Part shown: positions 8,418 to 18,348 of the stretch, one piece after another
Position numbering within the stretch: position 1 is the first letter of the stretch
How the letters are laid out: every line of letters starts with the position of its first letter
From: Methanomassiliicoccaceae archaeon
GTDB taxonomy: Archaea > Thermoplasmatota > Thermoplasmata > Methanomassiliicoccales > Methanomassiliicoccaceae
DNA length: 64,000 nucleotides
Direction of reading: 5' to 3'
Assembly (NCBI GenBank): GCA_040776945.1
Contig: JAXGZN010000001.1
Span: 832,001 to 896,000 of the forward strand
The notes under the pieces: generated by a model
Database searches by the model: none
What the model was told of the DNA's origin: nothing
What the model saw: only the letters and a program-made list of their open reading frames with translations
Program-made: the position numbers and the translations under genes

Positions 8418-10481
8418 ATGTACGGTCAGGTGCTCTTTCCGACGCTCATCGGCGCATCCATTGCCGGGGCGCTGTTGGCCATGGCGCTGGGGAGGAGGGA
8501 GCGGCTCTGCCGCATCACCTCGTTCTCAGCATCTGCGGCCGCCTCCTTGATCGGGCTCGCCATCGCCCTCGAGGTCCTGGCCACCGGAAGCGAGGTCACC
8601 TTGACCTTGCCTACTGCGGTGTCGGCCCTAGGGCACTTCACCTTCACCGTGGACCGACTGTCCGCCTTCTTCCTGCTCGCCACATCCTTGCTCGGGCTGT
8701 GCGTTTCTATATACTCTGCCGGCTACACCCAGGAGTATGCTGGCCGGTACAGCCCATCGACGATGGGCGCTCTTTTCAACATATTCCTGCTGAGCTTGGT
8801 CCTGGTCGTCACCGCATCCAACGCCGTTCTCTTTCTCATAATGTGGGAGACCATGTCCCTCAGCTCATACCTCCTGGTGATCTATGAGAACAGGAACCGG
8901 GAGAGCGTGTCCTCCGGACTGCTGTACCTTATAATGACCCATCTGGGCACCGCCCTGATCACCGTGGCCTTCATCATCTTGTGGTTGCACACTCCAGGGG
9001 ACCGCTCCTTCGACTTCTCCGCATTCCGCGGCCTGGGTGCTGGAGCGGTCCCGGACGCCTCCCGGTCCTTGGCCTTCGTCCTCTTGCTGATAGGCTTCGG
9101 CACCAAGGCAGGATTGGTGCCGCTGCACGTCTGGCTGCCGCAGGCGCATCCGGCTGCGCCCTCCAACGTCTCGGCGATGATGTCCGGGGTGATGGTTAAG
9201 ACCGCGGTGTACATGCTCGTCCGCTGCTGCTTCGACTTCCTTGGCGTCGTGGACTCCTGGTGGGGCCTGACCATCTTGTTGGTTGCTTCGGTATCTGCGC
9301 TGGTCGGGATCCTTTACGCGCTCATGGAGGGGGACATCAAGCGGGCCTTGGCCTTCTCCACGGTGGAGAACGTCGGACTGATATTCATCGGGCTGGGGGC
9401 GGCCATGGTGTTCCAATCGTACTATCTCGCTGACCCGGCGGCCAACGCCCAGCTCGCCGATCTGGCCGCCTTGGCGCTGATCGCGGCGCTGTTCCACACG
9501 CTCGCCCACTCGCTGTTCAAAGGCCTGCTGTTCATGGGCGCCGGCTCGGTCATCTTTGCTACCCATACCCGCGACCTGGAGAGGATGGGTGGACTGGCCA
9601 AGCGGATGAAGTGGACCGGGATACTGTTCTTCATAGGCGCTCTGTCCATCTCCGCCATCCCGCCGTTCAGCGGGTTCGTGGGGGAGTGGCTCATGTTCCA
9701 GTCACTGCTCCTCACCCAACATATCAACGATCCCATGGTCAATGTGCTCATCCCAGTGGCCGTTGCGGTCCTTGCTCTTACGGGGGCATTGGCCGCCGCC
9801 TGCTTCGTCCGCATCTTCGGAGCAACGTTCTTGGCCCGGCCCCGCAGTGACCAGGCAGCCGAGGCCAAGGAGGTCCCCCGCCCCATGCTGGCGGGAATGG
9901 GCACCGCCGCCGGCGCTTCGGTGGCCTTGGGCCTCCTGTCCGCCCTCATCGTGCCGATCATCGATGACGTCACATCATCGGTCCTGGGGGTGAGCATATC
10001 ATCGAAACTGGTGAACGGCCTGGTGCTGACGCCACCGGCTGGCGAGTTCAGCAGCATGAGCCCTCTGGTGATCGGCGCCCTGCTGCTTATCGCCGTCCCC
10101 TTCGCCTTCATGGCCTCTCGCCGCCTGGGCGGCCGCCAGGAGGTGGTGCGTGGCGATACCTGGGACTGCGGGACGCCCCTGAGTTCGCGCACGGAGTACT
10201 CGGCTGCCGGGTTCTCGGAGCCGATTAACCGCATATTCCGCTCAGTGTTCAGGCCACACATAGAGGTCAGGACCGAGTACTCATCCTCCATGCTGATAAA
10301 GAGGAAGATCACTTATTCCAGCACCATCGAGCCTCTTTTCGAGCGCCATCTGTACGCCCCCGCGGTAGCGCTGGTGATAGCTTTGGCACGACGCGTCGGC
10401 GTGATCCAGAAGGGCAGCATCCAAGCATACCTCACCTACATCTTCGTGATACTGCTGGTCATGCTGGTGGTGTTCCGATGA
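8418..10481 (+). CDS. hyfB: Ehr/hydrogenase-4 antiporter-like membrane subunit (HyfB-like)
   Basis: MrpD/NuoL-type motifs WETMSLSSY, GFGTKAGLVPLHVWLPQAHPAAPS, LAFSTVEN and PPFSGFVGEW. Confidence 0.9.
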   Translation: MYGQVLFPTLIGASIAGALLAMALGRRERLCRITSFSASAAASLIGLAIALEVLATGSEVTLTLPTAVSALGHFTFTVDRLSAFFLLATSLLGLCVSIYSAGYTQEYAGRYSPSTMGALFNIFLLSLVLVVTASNAVLFLIMWETMSLSSYLLVIYENRNRESVSSGLLYLIMTHLGTALITVAFIILWLHTPGDRSFDFSAFRGLGAGAVPDASRSLAFVLLLIGFGTKAGLVPLHVWLPQAHPAAPSNVSAMMSGVMVKTAVYMLVRCCFDFLGVVDSWWGLTILLVASVSALVGILYALMEGDIKRALAFSTVENVGLIFIGLGAAMVFQSYYLADPAANAQLADLAALALIAALFHTLAHSLFKGLLFMGAGSVIFATHTRDLERMGGLAKRMKWTGILFFIGALSISAIPPFSGFVGEWLMFQSLLLTQHINDPMVNVLIPVAVAVLALTGALAAACFVRIFGATFLARPRSDQAAEAKEVPRPMLAGMGTAAGASVALGLLSALIVPIIDDVTSSVLGVSISSKLVNGLVLTPPAGEFSSMSPLVIGALLLIAVPFAFMASRRLGGRQEVVRGDTWDCGTPLSSRTEYSAAGFSEPINRIFRSVFRPHIEVRTEYSSSMLIKRKITYSSTIEPLFERHLYAPAVALVIALARRVGVIQKGSIQAYLTYIFVILLVMLVVFR

Positions 10482-11413
10482 TCCTCGAGATCGCCCAGTT
10501 CCTGCTGGTCCTCGGCCTGGCACCCCTGGTAACCGGGTTCATCCGCAAGGCCAAGGCCCTGATGCAGAGCCGACGAGGCCCCAGCGTGCTTCAGCCCTAC
10601 CGGGACCTAAAAAAGTTGATGCAAAAGGGTTCCGTCATATCCAAAGATGCATCCTGGTTGTTCAACATCACTCCGTACGTCTGCATCGCCGCCGTCACGG
10701 TCGCCGCGCTCCTGGTCCCCGTGCTGTACGCCGGCACCTTCGGATTCCTAGGCGACCTCGTGGTCCTGATATACCTATTGGCAATGATGCGGTTCTTCAT
10801 GGCCCTCGCCGCCCTGGACACCGGCTCGGCCTTTGGGGGCATGGGCTCCAGCAGAGAGATGTACATATCCTCGATCGTCGAGCCGACCATGCTGCTGTCG
10901 ATCTTCGCCATGGCCCTGGTGGCGGGGACAACCTCTCTGGCCAGCATATCCCAGAAGATTGCCTCCATCGGCCTGGACCTTGTGTCGCCTGCACTGTTCC
11001 TCGCGGCCGCGGCCTTCTTCATCGCCACCCTGGCCGAGAACTCTCGAGTGCCCTTCGATAATCCAGCGACCCACTTGGAGCTGACCATGATACACGAGGC
11101 CATGCTGCTCGAGTATTCAGGAAAGCAGCTGGCGCTGATGGAGCTGGCATCCATGACCAAACTGGTCGTCTTCCTGGCCATTCTCTCCAACGTGTTCTTT
11201 CCATGGGGCATCGCCGTAGGGTCCGACCCCATCGCGGTGGCCATAGGGGCGCTGGCCTTCCTGATCAAGATCGCCCTACTTGCGCTGGCCATCGCCCTTC
11301 TGGAGTCCTCCATGGCCAAGATGCGGCTGTTCCGTCTGCCGAACCTGCTCACGGCAGCGTTCATGCTTTCCCTTCTGGCTGTCGTATCGTTCTACATCCT
11401 GGGGGTGTCCTGA
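10478..11413 (+). CDS. hyfC: Ehr NuoH-like subunit (HyfC/HycD-like)
   Basis: Motifs RRGPSVLQPYRDL, GSAFGGMGSSRE and RVPFDNPATHLELTMIHEAMLLEYSG. ATGA overlap with hyfB. Confidence 0.9.
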   Translation: MILEIAQFLLVLGLAPLVTGFIRKAKALMQSRRGPSVLQPYRDLKKLMQKGSVISKDASWLFNITPYVCIAAVTVAALLVPVLYAGTFGFLGDLVVLIYLLAMMRFFMALAALDTGSAFGGMGSSREMYISSIVEPTMLLSIFAMALVAGTTSLASISQKIASIGLDLVSPALFLAAAAFFIATLAENSRVPFDNPATHLELTMIHEAMLLEYSGKQLALMELASMTKLVVFLAILSNVFFPWGIAVGSDPIAVAIGALAFLIKIALLALAIALLESSMAKMRLFRLPNLLTAAFMLSLLAVVSFYILGVS

Positions 11414-12079
11414 ACGGCCTTCTCCGCCATCACCATAATCGACGGCCTGGCCGCCGCCATCCTCCTGATATCGTTCACCGAGGTGATCGTCAACCGCATG
11501 TCCACGCTGGTGCGCCTGTTCGCACTGCAGTCGACCTCCCTGGGAGCACTGGCCATCACCGTGGCGTTCGAGACGGACGCGGCGCACATCTATGCCGTCG
11601 CCGTCCTGACAATAGGGATCAAGGGCGCGGTCATACCATGGATGCTGATGTACGTGATGAGGCAGATCAAGATCGAGCGGGAGATCGAGCCCATAGTCGG
11701 CATACCAATGGCCCTGCTGCTGTGCGGCGGCCTTACTGTGGTGGCGTTCTACCTCACCCAGCCCATCATCTTCGTCGGCGGTGCCATCGACACAATCACG
11801 AAGAACTGTCTGGCCATATCCTTGGCGGTGGTGTTCATCGGGTTCTTCACGATGATATCCCGTAAGAAGGCCATCACTCAGATCATGGGCCTGCTGACCA
11901 TGGAGAACGGGCTGTTCCTCGCTGCCATCTCCGTTACCTACGGCATGCCGCTGATCGTCGAGCTGGGCATTTTCTTCGACATCCTGATGGCGGTGCTCAT
12001 CATGGGCCTTTTCGCCTTCCGCATCAATAGGACGTTCGCCAGCGTGGACACTACCATCCTCAGGAGGCTTCGGGATTGA
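11414..12079 (+). CDS. hyfE: Ehr membrane subunit (HyfE-like)
   Basis: Motifs FALQS, IKGAVIP, QIMGLLTMENG and PLIVELGIFFD. The first TM helix lies upstream of the track's GTG (11483), implying an ACG start at 11414. Confidence 0.88.
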   Translation, partial: TAFSAITIIDGLAAAILLISFTEVIVNRMSTLVRLFALQSTSLGALAITVAFETDAAHIYAVAVLTIGIKGAVIPWMLMYVMRQIKIEREIEPIVGIPMALLLCGGLTVVAFYLTQPIIFVGGAIDTITKNCLAISLAVVFIGFFTMISRKKAITQIMGLLTMENGLFLAAISVTYGMPLIVELGIFFDILMAVLIMGLFAFRINRTFASVDTTILRRLRD

Positions 12080-13545
12080 TCACATATCTGTTGGTCATAC
12101 CTCTCATCGCCGCGGCCATATGCTACCCGATCCGATCGAACCGCCTCATCGGAGCGGTGGCGGTGACCGGATCTGCAGCGACGCTCGGGATGGCGACCTG
12201 CCTCTCTTACATAGTGTTCACCTCAGGCACGCTGGACGAGGGGTTGCTGTACATGGACGCCTTCTCCGCCTACACTCTCATGCTGGTGTCCATAGTGAGC
12301 CTGGCCGCAACCTTATATTCGATACCCTACATCGGAAAGGAGAACGAGGAAGGGATCATCACCGACCAGAAGCTGAAGAACTACTATCTCTTCCTCCAGG
12401 TGTTCGTGTTCACCATGCTCATGGTGGCCGTGTCCAACAACCTAGGGGTCATGTGGATCGCGATAGAGGCGACCACCTTGGCATCGGCCTATCTGGTTGG
12501 GCTCTATGACCGGGAGACCTCGGTGGAGGCGGCCTGGAAATACTTGATCATTTGCTCTGTGGGCATAACCCTGGCCCTGCTGGGCATCATAATCGTCTAT
12601 GCCTCCTCCATCATAGTGCTGGGAGAGTCGTCCTCGGCATTGGACTGGTCCACGCTCATGGCCGTGGCAGGCTCGCTCGACCCTACCTTGCTGAAGATCG
12701 CCTTCATCTTCATCCTCATCGGATACGGGACCAAGGTCGGCCTGGCGCCCATGCACACTTGGTTGCCGGACGCCCATTCCCAGGCCCCCACCCCAGTTTC
12801 CGCTCTGCTGTCCGGGGTCCTGTTGAACTGTGCGATGTACGGCATCCTGAGGCTCCACATGATCGTTTCCGGGTCGTCCCTCGGAGCGGGATTCTCAGGC
12901 GGTCTTCTGCTCCTCTTCGGCTTCATATCACTGGGCTTCGCCGCCGTATACATAATCATGTCCAAGAACTACAAGCGGATGCTCGCCTATTCCTCCATCG
13001 AGCATATGGGAATAATTGCCATAGGGTTCGGTTTCGGAGGCTACTGGGGCATCTTCGGCGGACTGTTCCACATGCTCAACCATGCGCTTGCCAAGACCCT
13101 GATGTTCCTGGGGGCGGGGAACCTGCACCAAAGGTTCGGCACCAAGGACATCGATAAGGTGCGCGGAGCGCTCAAGGTCCTGCCGGCCACTGGGGCGCTG
13201 TTCTTGGGAGGGGCGCTGGCGATCACCGGTTGCCCGCCGTTCTCCCTGTTCCTCAGCGAGTTCATGGTGCTGGTCGGAGGGATTGGCTCCGGCAGCATCC
13301 TGGGCGTAGCGCTCTACCTTTTCCTGCTGGCTGTTATCTTCGGAGCGTTCCTCTATCATGCGGGCCGCATGATCTTTGGCGAACCCGCCCCGAGCGCCGA
13401 GCCATCGGGAGAGGGGAACAAGGTCGGCGCAGCGCTCATGGCCGCCCTTCTCCTGGCAGTGCTGGCCCTCGGCCTTTACATCCCGGCGTTCCTAAATGAC
13501 GTGCTGCAGCAGATCGTGGACCTTTTCCTGGGAGGGGGCGCATGA
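12076..13545 (+). CDS. hyfF: Ehr antiporter-like subunit (HyfF-like)
   Basis: Motifs WIAIEATTL, EAAWKY, GYGTKVGLAPMHTWLPDAHSQAP and KRMLAYSSIEH. TTG start overlaps the previous TGA. Confidence 0.9.
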   Translation: MITYLLVIPLIAAAICYPIRSNRLIGAVAVTGSAATLGMATCLSYIVFTSGTLDEGLLYMDAFSAYTLMLVSIVSLAATLYSIPYIGKENEEGIITDQKLKNYYLFLQVFVFTMLMVAVSNNLGVMWIAIEATTLASAYLVGLYDRETSVEAAWKYLIICSVGITLALLGIIIVYASSIIVLGESSSALDWSTLMAVAGSLDPTLLKIAFIFILIGYGTKVGLAPMHTWLPDAHSQAPTPVSALLSGVLLNCAMYGILRLHMIVSGSSLGAGFSGGLLLLFGFISLGFAAVYIIMSKNYKRMLAYSSIEHMGIIAIGFGFGGYWGIFGGLFHMLNHALAKTLMFLGAGNLHQRFGTKDIDKVRGALKVLPATGALFLGGALAITGCPPFSLFLSEFMVLVGGIGSGSILGVALYLFLLAVIFGAFLYHAGRMIFGEPAPSAEPSGEGNKVGAALMAALLLAVLALGLYIPAFLNDVLQQIVDLFLGGGA

Positions 13546-15128
13546 GGGACGGACACCTTCTTTCCGTGCTCCGGGGCCTCCCGTCAGAGATTACCGTCAG
13601 GGTGGACAGCCACGAGCTGGAGGGCAACGATCTCCATCTGGCCGTCCGGCCGGATGCCTTGGTGCTTCTGGCCCGCCACCTACGCGCCGAGCACAAGGCG
13701 GAGCTGGTCACGCTCCACGCTACTGACGATCGGGCGCTGGAGGGCTGCTTCAAGCTCCATTTGGTCATGGGCCTCAAAGGAACGGACGCCTTTGTGTCCG
13801 CCACCGCCCCCCTGGGCCTGGCGGAGTGGAGGTACGAGTCCCTAACCTCCGCCATCAATGACGCGGTATGGTACGAGCGGGAGATGAGAGACATGTTCGG
13901 ACTTGTGGCCATCGGCCACCCGGACCCCCGGCCGCTTAACCTGCACGAGGACTGGCCCGAGGGCAAATTCCCTCTGCGTAAGGACTTCCCATCGGGAGAG
14001 CGCCCTCCCATGGCCAAAGGGCATTACAACTTCACCAAGGTGGACGGCGAAGGCGTGTACGAGATACCGGTTGGCCCGGTGCATGCCGGTGTCATCGAGC
14101 CCGGGCATTTCCGCTTCTCTGTCGCCGGGGAACCGATTATTAACCTGGAAGTGCGCCTCGGATACACCCACCGGGGCGTGGAGAAGCTTTCGGAGTCCAC
14201 ACCCTACGCCAAAGGGGTGTACCTGGCGGAGCGCATCTCAGGGGACAACTCCGTCGCTCACTCCACCGCCTACTGCCAGGCCATCGAGCGGGCGGCCTCC
14301 TGCCAGGTGCCGGAACGAGCGGAGTACATCCGCACGGTGATGCTGGAGTTGGAGCGCCTGTACAATCTATTCGGGGACATCGCCGGCATCGCCCTGGACA
14401 CCGCGCTAAGCGTGGCCGCTGCCAGTGGGTACCTTCTGAGGGAGAGGGCCATGTGCCTCAATGAAAGCCTCACCAGCTCCCGCCTGCTGCGCTCGGTGAA
14501 CGTCCTGGGAGGGGTCCGCAAGGACCTTTCGCCGAACGACCGGGAGAAGGTCCTGGCGACCATAGTCAAGCTCAAGCTGGAGTTCGACGACCTGGTCACA
14601 ATGATGCTCACCTCGCCCTCGATGATGGACCGCGTGGTGACCACCGGGAAGCTGTCCAGGGAGATGGCCACCAACCTTAACGTGGTCGGCCCGGCGGCCA
14701 GGGCGAGCGGGATCGACCGGGACGTCCGCAGGGACCATCCCTACGCCGCCTACGGCAAGCTCGACTTCCTAGTGCCAACCCAGTCCGCGGGGGACGTCAG
14801 CGCCCGGATGAAGGTGAAGATGGATGAGGTGCGGGAATCGTTCTCCCTTATCGAGCAGGCACTGGACTCCATGCCCTCCGGCCCGGTGAGGGCTAGCGTG
14901 GGAGAGGTGCCCCAGGGACGCATCGCCTACTCTCTAGTGGAATCGCCCAGGGGCGAGCTGGTCCACTGGGTCCTGTCAGGAAGGGGAACGCCTGCAAGGC
15001 ACAAGGTGCGGGATGCCTCCTTCTGCAACTGGCTGGCCCTGGAGCAAGCGGTGCTGGGCGACATCGTACCGGACTTCCCGCTCATCAATAAGAGCTTCAA
15101 TCTATCCTATGCCGGGAACGACCTGTGA
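13542..15128 (+). CDS. hyfG: Ehr large subunit (HycE/HyfG-like, NuoC+NuoD fusion) lacking Ni-binding cysteines
   Basis: Motifs WYEREMRDMFG, GPVHAGVIEPGHFRF and HRGVEK. L1 reads ERISGDNS and L2 reads DFPLINKSFNLSYAGNDL, with no CxxC. Confidence 0.9.
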   Translation: MRDGHLLSVLRGLPSEITVRVDSHELEGNDLHLAVRPDALVLLARHLRAEHKAELVTLHATDDRALEGCFKLHLVMGLKGTDAFVSATAPLGLAEWRYESLTSAINDAVWYEREMRDMFGLVAIGHPDPRPLNLHEDWPEGKFPLRKDFPSGERPPMAKGHYNFTKVDGEGVYEIPVGPVHAGVIEPGHFRFSVAGEPIINLEVRLGYTHRGVEKLSESTPYAKGVYLAERISGDNSVAHSTAYCQAIERAASCQVPERAEYIRTVMLELERLYNLFGDIAGIALDTALSVAAASGYLLRERAMCLNESLTSSRLLRSVNVLGGVRKDLSPNDREKVLATIVKLKLEFDDLVTMMLTSPSMMDRVVTTGKLSREMATNLNVVGPAARASGIDRDVRRDHPYAAYGKLDFLVPTQSAGDVSARMKVKMDEVRESFSLIEQALDSMPSGPVRASVGEVPQGRIAYSLVESPRGELVHWVLSGRGTPARHKVRDASFCNWLALEQAVLGDIVPDFPLINKSFNLSYAGNDL

Positions 15129-15137
15129 GGTGCTGAA

Positions 15138-15461
15138 ATGCTTAGGTTCATCAAGCTGGGAGTGCTCAAGAAAGGGGTTCAGACCAATGACTATCCGGAG
15201 GAGCGGAGCGTTCCCTGCGACGCGTTCATGGGATTGCCGGAGGTGGACATGGACATGTGCGACCGATGCCTGGATTGCGTATATGCCTGTCCTGTCCAGG
15301 CCATTACGGTGATGCCTGCCGAGATAGAGATCTCCGTCGAGCGGTGCATCTTCTGCGCAGCATGCGCGGAGGCCTGCTCCGGAGCGATCGCCATGGGCAA
15401 GCGCTTCGAACTGGCCTCCCGCACCAAGGAGGGAATGAAGGCGGTGTACCGCCATGGATGA
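15138..15461 (+). CDS. 2[4Fe-4S] ferredoxin subunit (HycF/NuoI-like)
   Basis: CDRCLDCVYACP and CIFCAACAEACS, inside the Ehr operon. Confidence 0.88.
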   Translation: MLRFIKLGVLKKGVQTNDYPEERSVPCDAFMGLPEVDMDMCDRCLDCVYACPVQAITVMPAEIEISVERCIFCAACAEACSGAIAMGKRFELASRTKEGMKAVYRHG

Positions 15462-15915
15462 GGCGACCGAGAGGCTGGGAGAGGAGCTCAAGGGGAGGAT
15501 ACGCGATGCCTTCGGGCGGTCCCTTTCCATCAGGGAAGTGGACACCGGGTCCTGCAATGGATGCGAGGTGGAGGTCAACGCCCTGACCAATGCCGTGCAC
15601 GATCTGGAACGCTTCGGTCTTCGCATAGTGGCCTCCCCCCGCCATGCCGACATGCTGCTGGTGACCGGCCCGGTGACCAGAGGGATGCTCCCTGCGCTAA
15701 TGCAGACCTACAAGGCGACCCCCGCCCCCAAGATGGTGGTGGCCATGGGCTCATGCGCCATATCGGGAGGGATATTCCGAGGTTCTTACGCGACCTTCGA
15801 CGGGGTGGACAAGGTTCTGCCGGTGGACGCCTATATACCCGGCTGTCCGCCCAGGCCCCAGGCCATCATCCAAGGCATACTTCTGGCCTTGGACCGGTGG
15901 GGATCTAGAGACTGA
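15454..15915 (+). CDS. hyfI: Ehr small Fe-S subunit (HycG/HyfI/NuoB-like)
   Basis: Motifs DTGSCNGCE, ASPRHAD, GSCAISGG and IPGCPPRP. Confidence 0.9.
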   Translation: MDEATERLGEELKGRIRDAFGRSLSIREVDTGSCNGCEVEVNALTNAVHDLERFGLRIVASPRHADMLLVTGPVTRGMLPALMQTYKATPAPKMVVAMGSCAISGGIFRGSYATFDGVDKVLPVDAYIPGCPPRPQAIIQGILLALDRWGSRD

Positions 15916-16344
15916 TCACTTCACCACGATGACGGTGCATTTCGAGTTCCGCACCACATACTCGGAGACCGATCCTATGAGAATGCGGTCCATCACCGAC
16001 TTCCCGGAGGAGCCGACGATGATGGCCCCTGCCTTGATCCGCTCGGCCGTGGACACGATGGCCTGATGAGGGGGGCCGCCCTCCAGCAGAGTGGTGATGT
16101 CCAGTCCGCGGTCCGCTCCCCGCTGCTTCAGGTCCTGCAAGACGCTCATCCCGTCCTTGATGACCCTCGAACGCACCGATTCGTTCCTGGAGCTGACCAC
16201 GTACATTATGAAAAGCTTCGAGGAGGCCAACTGGGCCATTTCCATCGCGAGCTCGATGGCCTTGGCCGAATGAGGCTTCCCGTCCGTGGCCAGAAGCAAG
16301 TTCCTTCCCTGCACCTGACCCTCCCGCGCCGGGGTTCCCTCCAT
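15916..16344 (-). CDS. Universal stress protein (UspA family)
   Basis: Motifs LLATDG..S..A, GxP, IIVGSSG and LIGSVSEYVVRNSKCTVIVVK. Confidence 0.93.
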   Translation of the reverse strand: MEGTPAREGQVQGRNLLLATDGKPHSAKAIELAMEMAQLASSKLFIMYVVSSRNESVRSRVIKDGMSVLQDLKQRGADRGLDITTLLEGGPPHQAIVSTAERIKAGAIIVGSSGKSVMDRILIGSVSEYVVRNSKCTVIVVK

Positions 16345-16467
16345 GTAGCCGACATTGGCGACCGAGGTAAAAAGACATCGTTCTCCGGCCCAAAGGCCTG
16401 GAAGCGCCGCATCGTTCCAATGATAATCAATGAGTATAATAATCCTGGAATGGAATAGAGGCGGACG

Positions 16468-18348
16468 ATGAGCGCGGGAGAGCTGTTAGCAGTATTGCTT
16501 TTCCTTGTCCCCATGATCGGAGCGGTGGTCGTCCTGGTAGGCAGGAGCGTGCCGGTCATCAAAGTTACCGTGGCAGCGGTCACGGTGGTGCTGGCCTTAT
16601 CTTCCGTCGGCCTCCTGCTCGTTCTCGCGTCCCGCTCCTTCGCCCCATTGGCCATCGAGGCACAGGCGCTCTACCCCTTGTCCCCGGTCCTGATCGTGGC
16701 CGACCTGGCGCTCACCGCGCTGTTCATCATCATAGGGTGGAGGCTGAGGAGCATGATCATCGCTGCGGCGGCCGCTCTTAACCTGGCGCTGACGGTGCTT
16801 CTCGGAGCATGGACCGGGTTCTCCGAGTCCGATCCGGCGATGCTGATCGACAATCTCGCACTTATCATGGCCCTTATCACCTCCCTCGTCGGCTCGGTGA
16901 TCGCCATCTATTCATTTAGGTACATGCGCGAGGACCCCAGACAACCAAGGTTCTTCGCGGTGACCCTGCTCTTCCTGGGCGGCATGAACGCGGCGGTGTT
17001 CTCCAACGACCTGCTGTGGCTGTTCCTGTTCTGGGACGTGACCACCCTGTGCTCCTTCCTTCTCATCGCGCACGATGGCACAATGGAGGCCAGGGATGCG
17101 GCGAGGAGAGCGTTGGCCATCACCCTGGGCGGGGCCACGGCGTTCATCATCGGAGCGGTGCTCGCTCTGGAGCAGTACGGGACACTGTCCATCTCTGATT
17201 TCCCGGTGGCGGGACTGGGCGGCCTGGCCCTCCTCCCCCTGTCCCTGCTGGCGATAGCGGCGTTCACCAAGTCCGCCCAGCTTCCGTTCCAATCCTGGCT
17301 CCTGCGCGCCATGGTCGCGCCGACCCCCGTATCGGCGCTGCTCCACAGCGCCACGATGGTCAACCTCGGGGTCTACCTTCTGCTTAGGATATCGCCGAGC
17401 ATCGTCAATGCGGCAGCCATTAATTGGCTGGTCGCCTTGATCAGCGGGGCCACCTTTCTCGCCTCCAACATACTGGCCATGACCCAGAGGAACGCCAAGC
17501 GGGTGCTGGCGTGGTCCACCATCGGGAACCTGGGGCTGGTGGCGATGTGCGTCGGCATATCGACCTCGCTGGCGATCGCCGCCGGGGTTATACTGCTCCT
17601 CTATCATTCCATATCCAAGGCGCTTCTGTTCCTGTCCGTGGGCGCGGCCAAGGAAGGCCTTGGAAGCGAGGACATCGAAGCCATGGAGGGCATGCGGGCC
17701 AAGATGCCGTTCGTATCCGCGGCCCTTTTCATCGGCATCTTCACCATCGTCCTGCCGCCGTTCGGGATGTTCGCCTCCAAGTGGATCATCAGCTCCGCGG
17801 CGTTGACGTTCCCGTTGCTCATATTCCTCCTGGGGGTAGGCTTCGCGAGCACGCTGGTCTACTATTTCAAATGGGTCGGCAACATCCTCTCGGCCGCTCC
17901 GGGCAGCCGGCGGGTGACGCTAAGGGCCGACCCCCTGCCCGCCAACTACAAGTGGACGCTCGGCTCGCTGATGGGCGGAGCGATCGTTCTTTCGGCCCTT
18001 ATCGGACCGGTGATACGGTATCTCGTGCAGCCGTTCATCGATCGGCATTTCATCCTGCCAGTTGGAACGAACGACCTTAACATCTTCACTTCGTCCGGGG
18101 AGTTCCCTGTGCTCGTGCTCCTCCTGCTCGTCGGACTGATCTTTGCCGGTCTGGCGATCATAGTACGTCCAGGAGAGGAAGAGATGTCCAAGCCATATGC
18201 CAGCGGGGAGGACTTTGATTTCGAGTCCCGGGGCAACTATTTCGCCTCCGAGGCCGCGGTGATGCAAGGCATCAAGGTATCCGAGGGGGCGGGGGTCCTT
18301 CTCGTGGTCCTGCTCATTGCCTTGCCGATCGCTCTGGAGGTGATGTGA
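16468..18348 (+). CDS. echA: Ech hydrogenase subunit A
   Basis: Motifs LFWDVTTLCSFLLI, TKSAQLPFQSWL..AMVAPTPVSALLHSATMV and PPFGMFASKW. Confidence 0.9.
   Translation: MSAGELLAVLLFLVPMIGAVVVLVGRSVPVIKVTVAAVTVVLALSSVGLLLVLASRSFAPLAIEAQALYPLSPVLIVADLALTALFIIIGWRLRSMIIAAAAALNLALTVLLGAWTGFSESDPAMLIDNLALIMALITSLVGSVIAIYSFRYMREDPRQPRFFAVTLLFLGGMNAAVFSNDLLWLFLFWDVTTLCSFLLIAHDGTMEARDAARRALAITLGGATAFIIGAVLALEQYGTLSISDFPVAGLGGLALLPLSLLAIAAFTKSAQLPFQSWLLRAMVAPTPVSALLHSATMVNLGVYLLLRISPSIVNAAAINWLVALISGATFLASNILAMTQRNAKRVLAWSTIGNLGLVAMCVGISTSLAIAAGVILLLYHSISKALLFLSVGAAKEGLGSEDIEAMEGMRAKMPFVSAALFIGIFTIVLPPFGMFASKWIISSAALTFPLLIFLLGVGFASTLVYYFKWVGNILSAAPGSRRVTLRADPLPANYKWTLGSLMGGAIVLSALIGPVIRYLVQPFIDRHFILPVGTNDLNIFTSSGEFPVLVLLLLVGLIFAGLAIIVRPGEEEMSKPYASGEDFDFESRGNYFASEAAVMQGIKVSEGAGVLLVVLLIALPIALEVM

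Noticed and set aside
8377-8420. GATGGGAT/CTGAT short repeats in the Ehr leader
   Set aside because: Too short and degenerate to support an operator call without comparative data.
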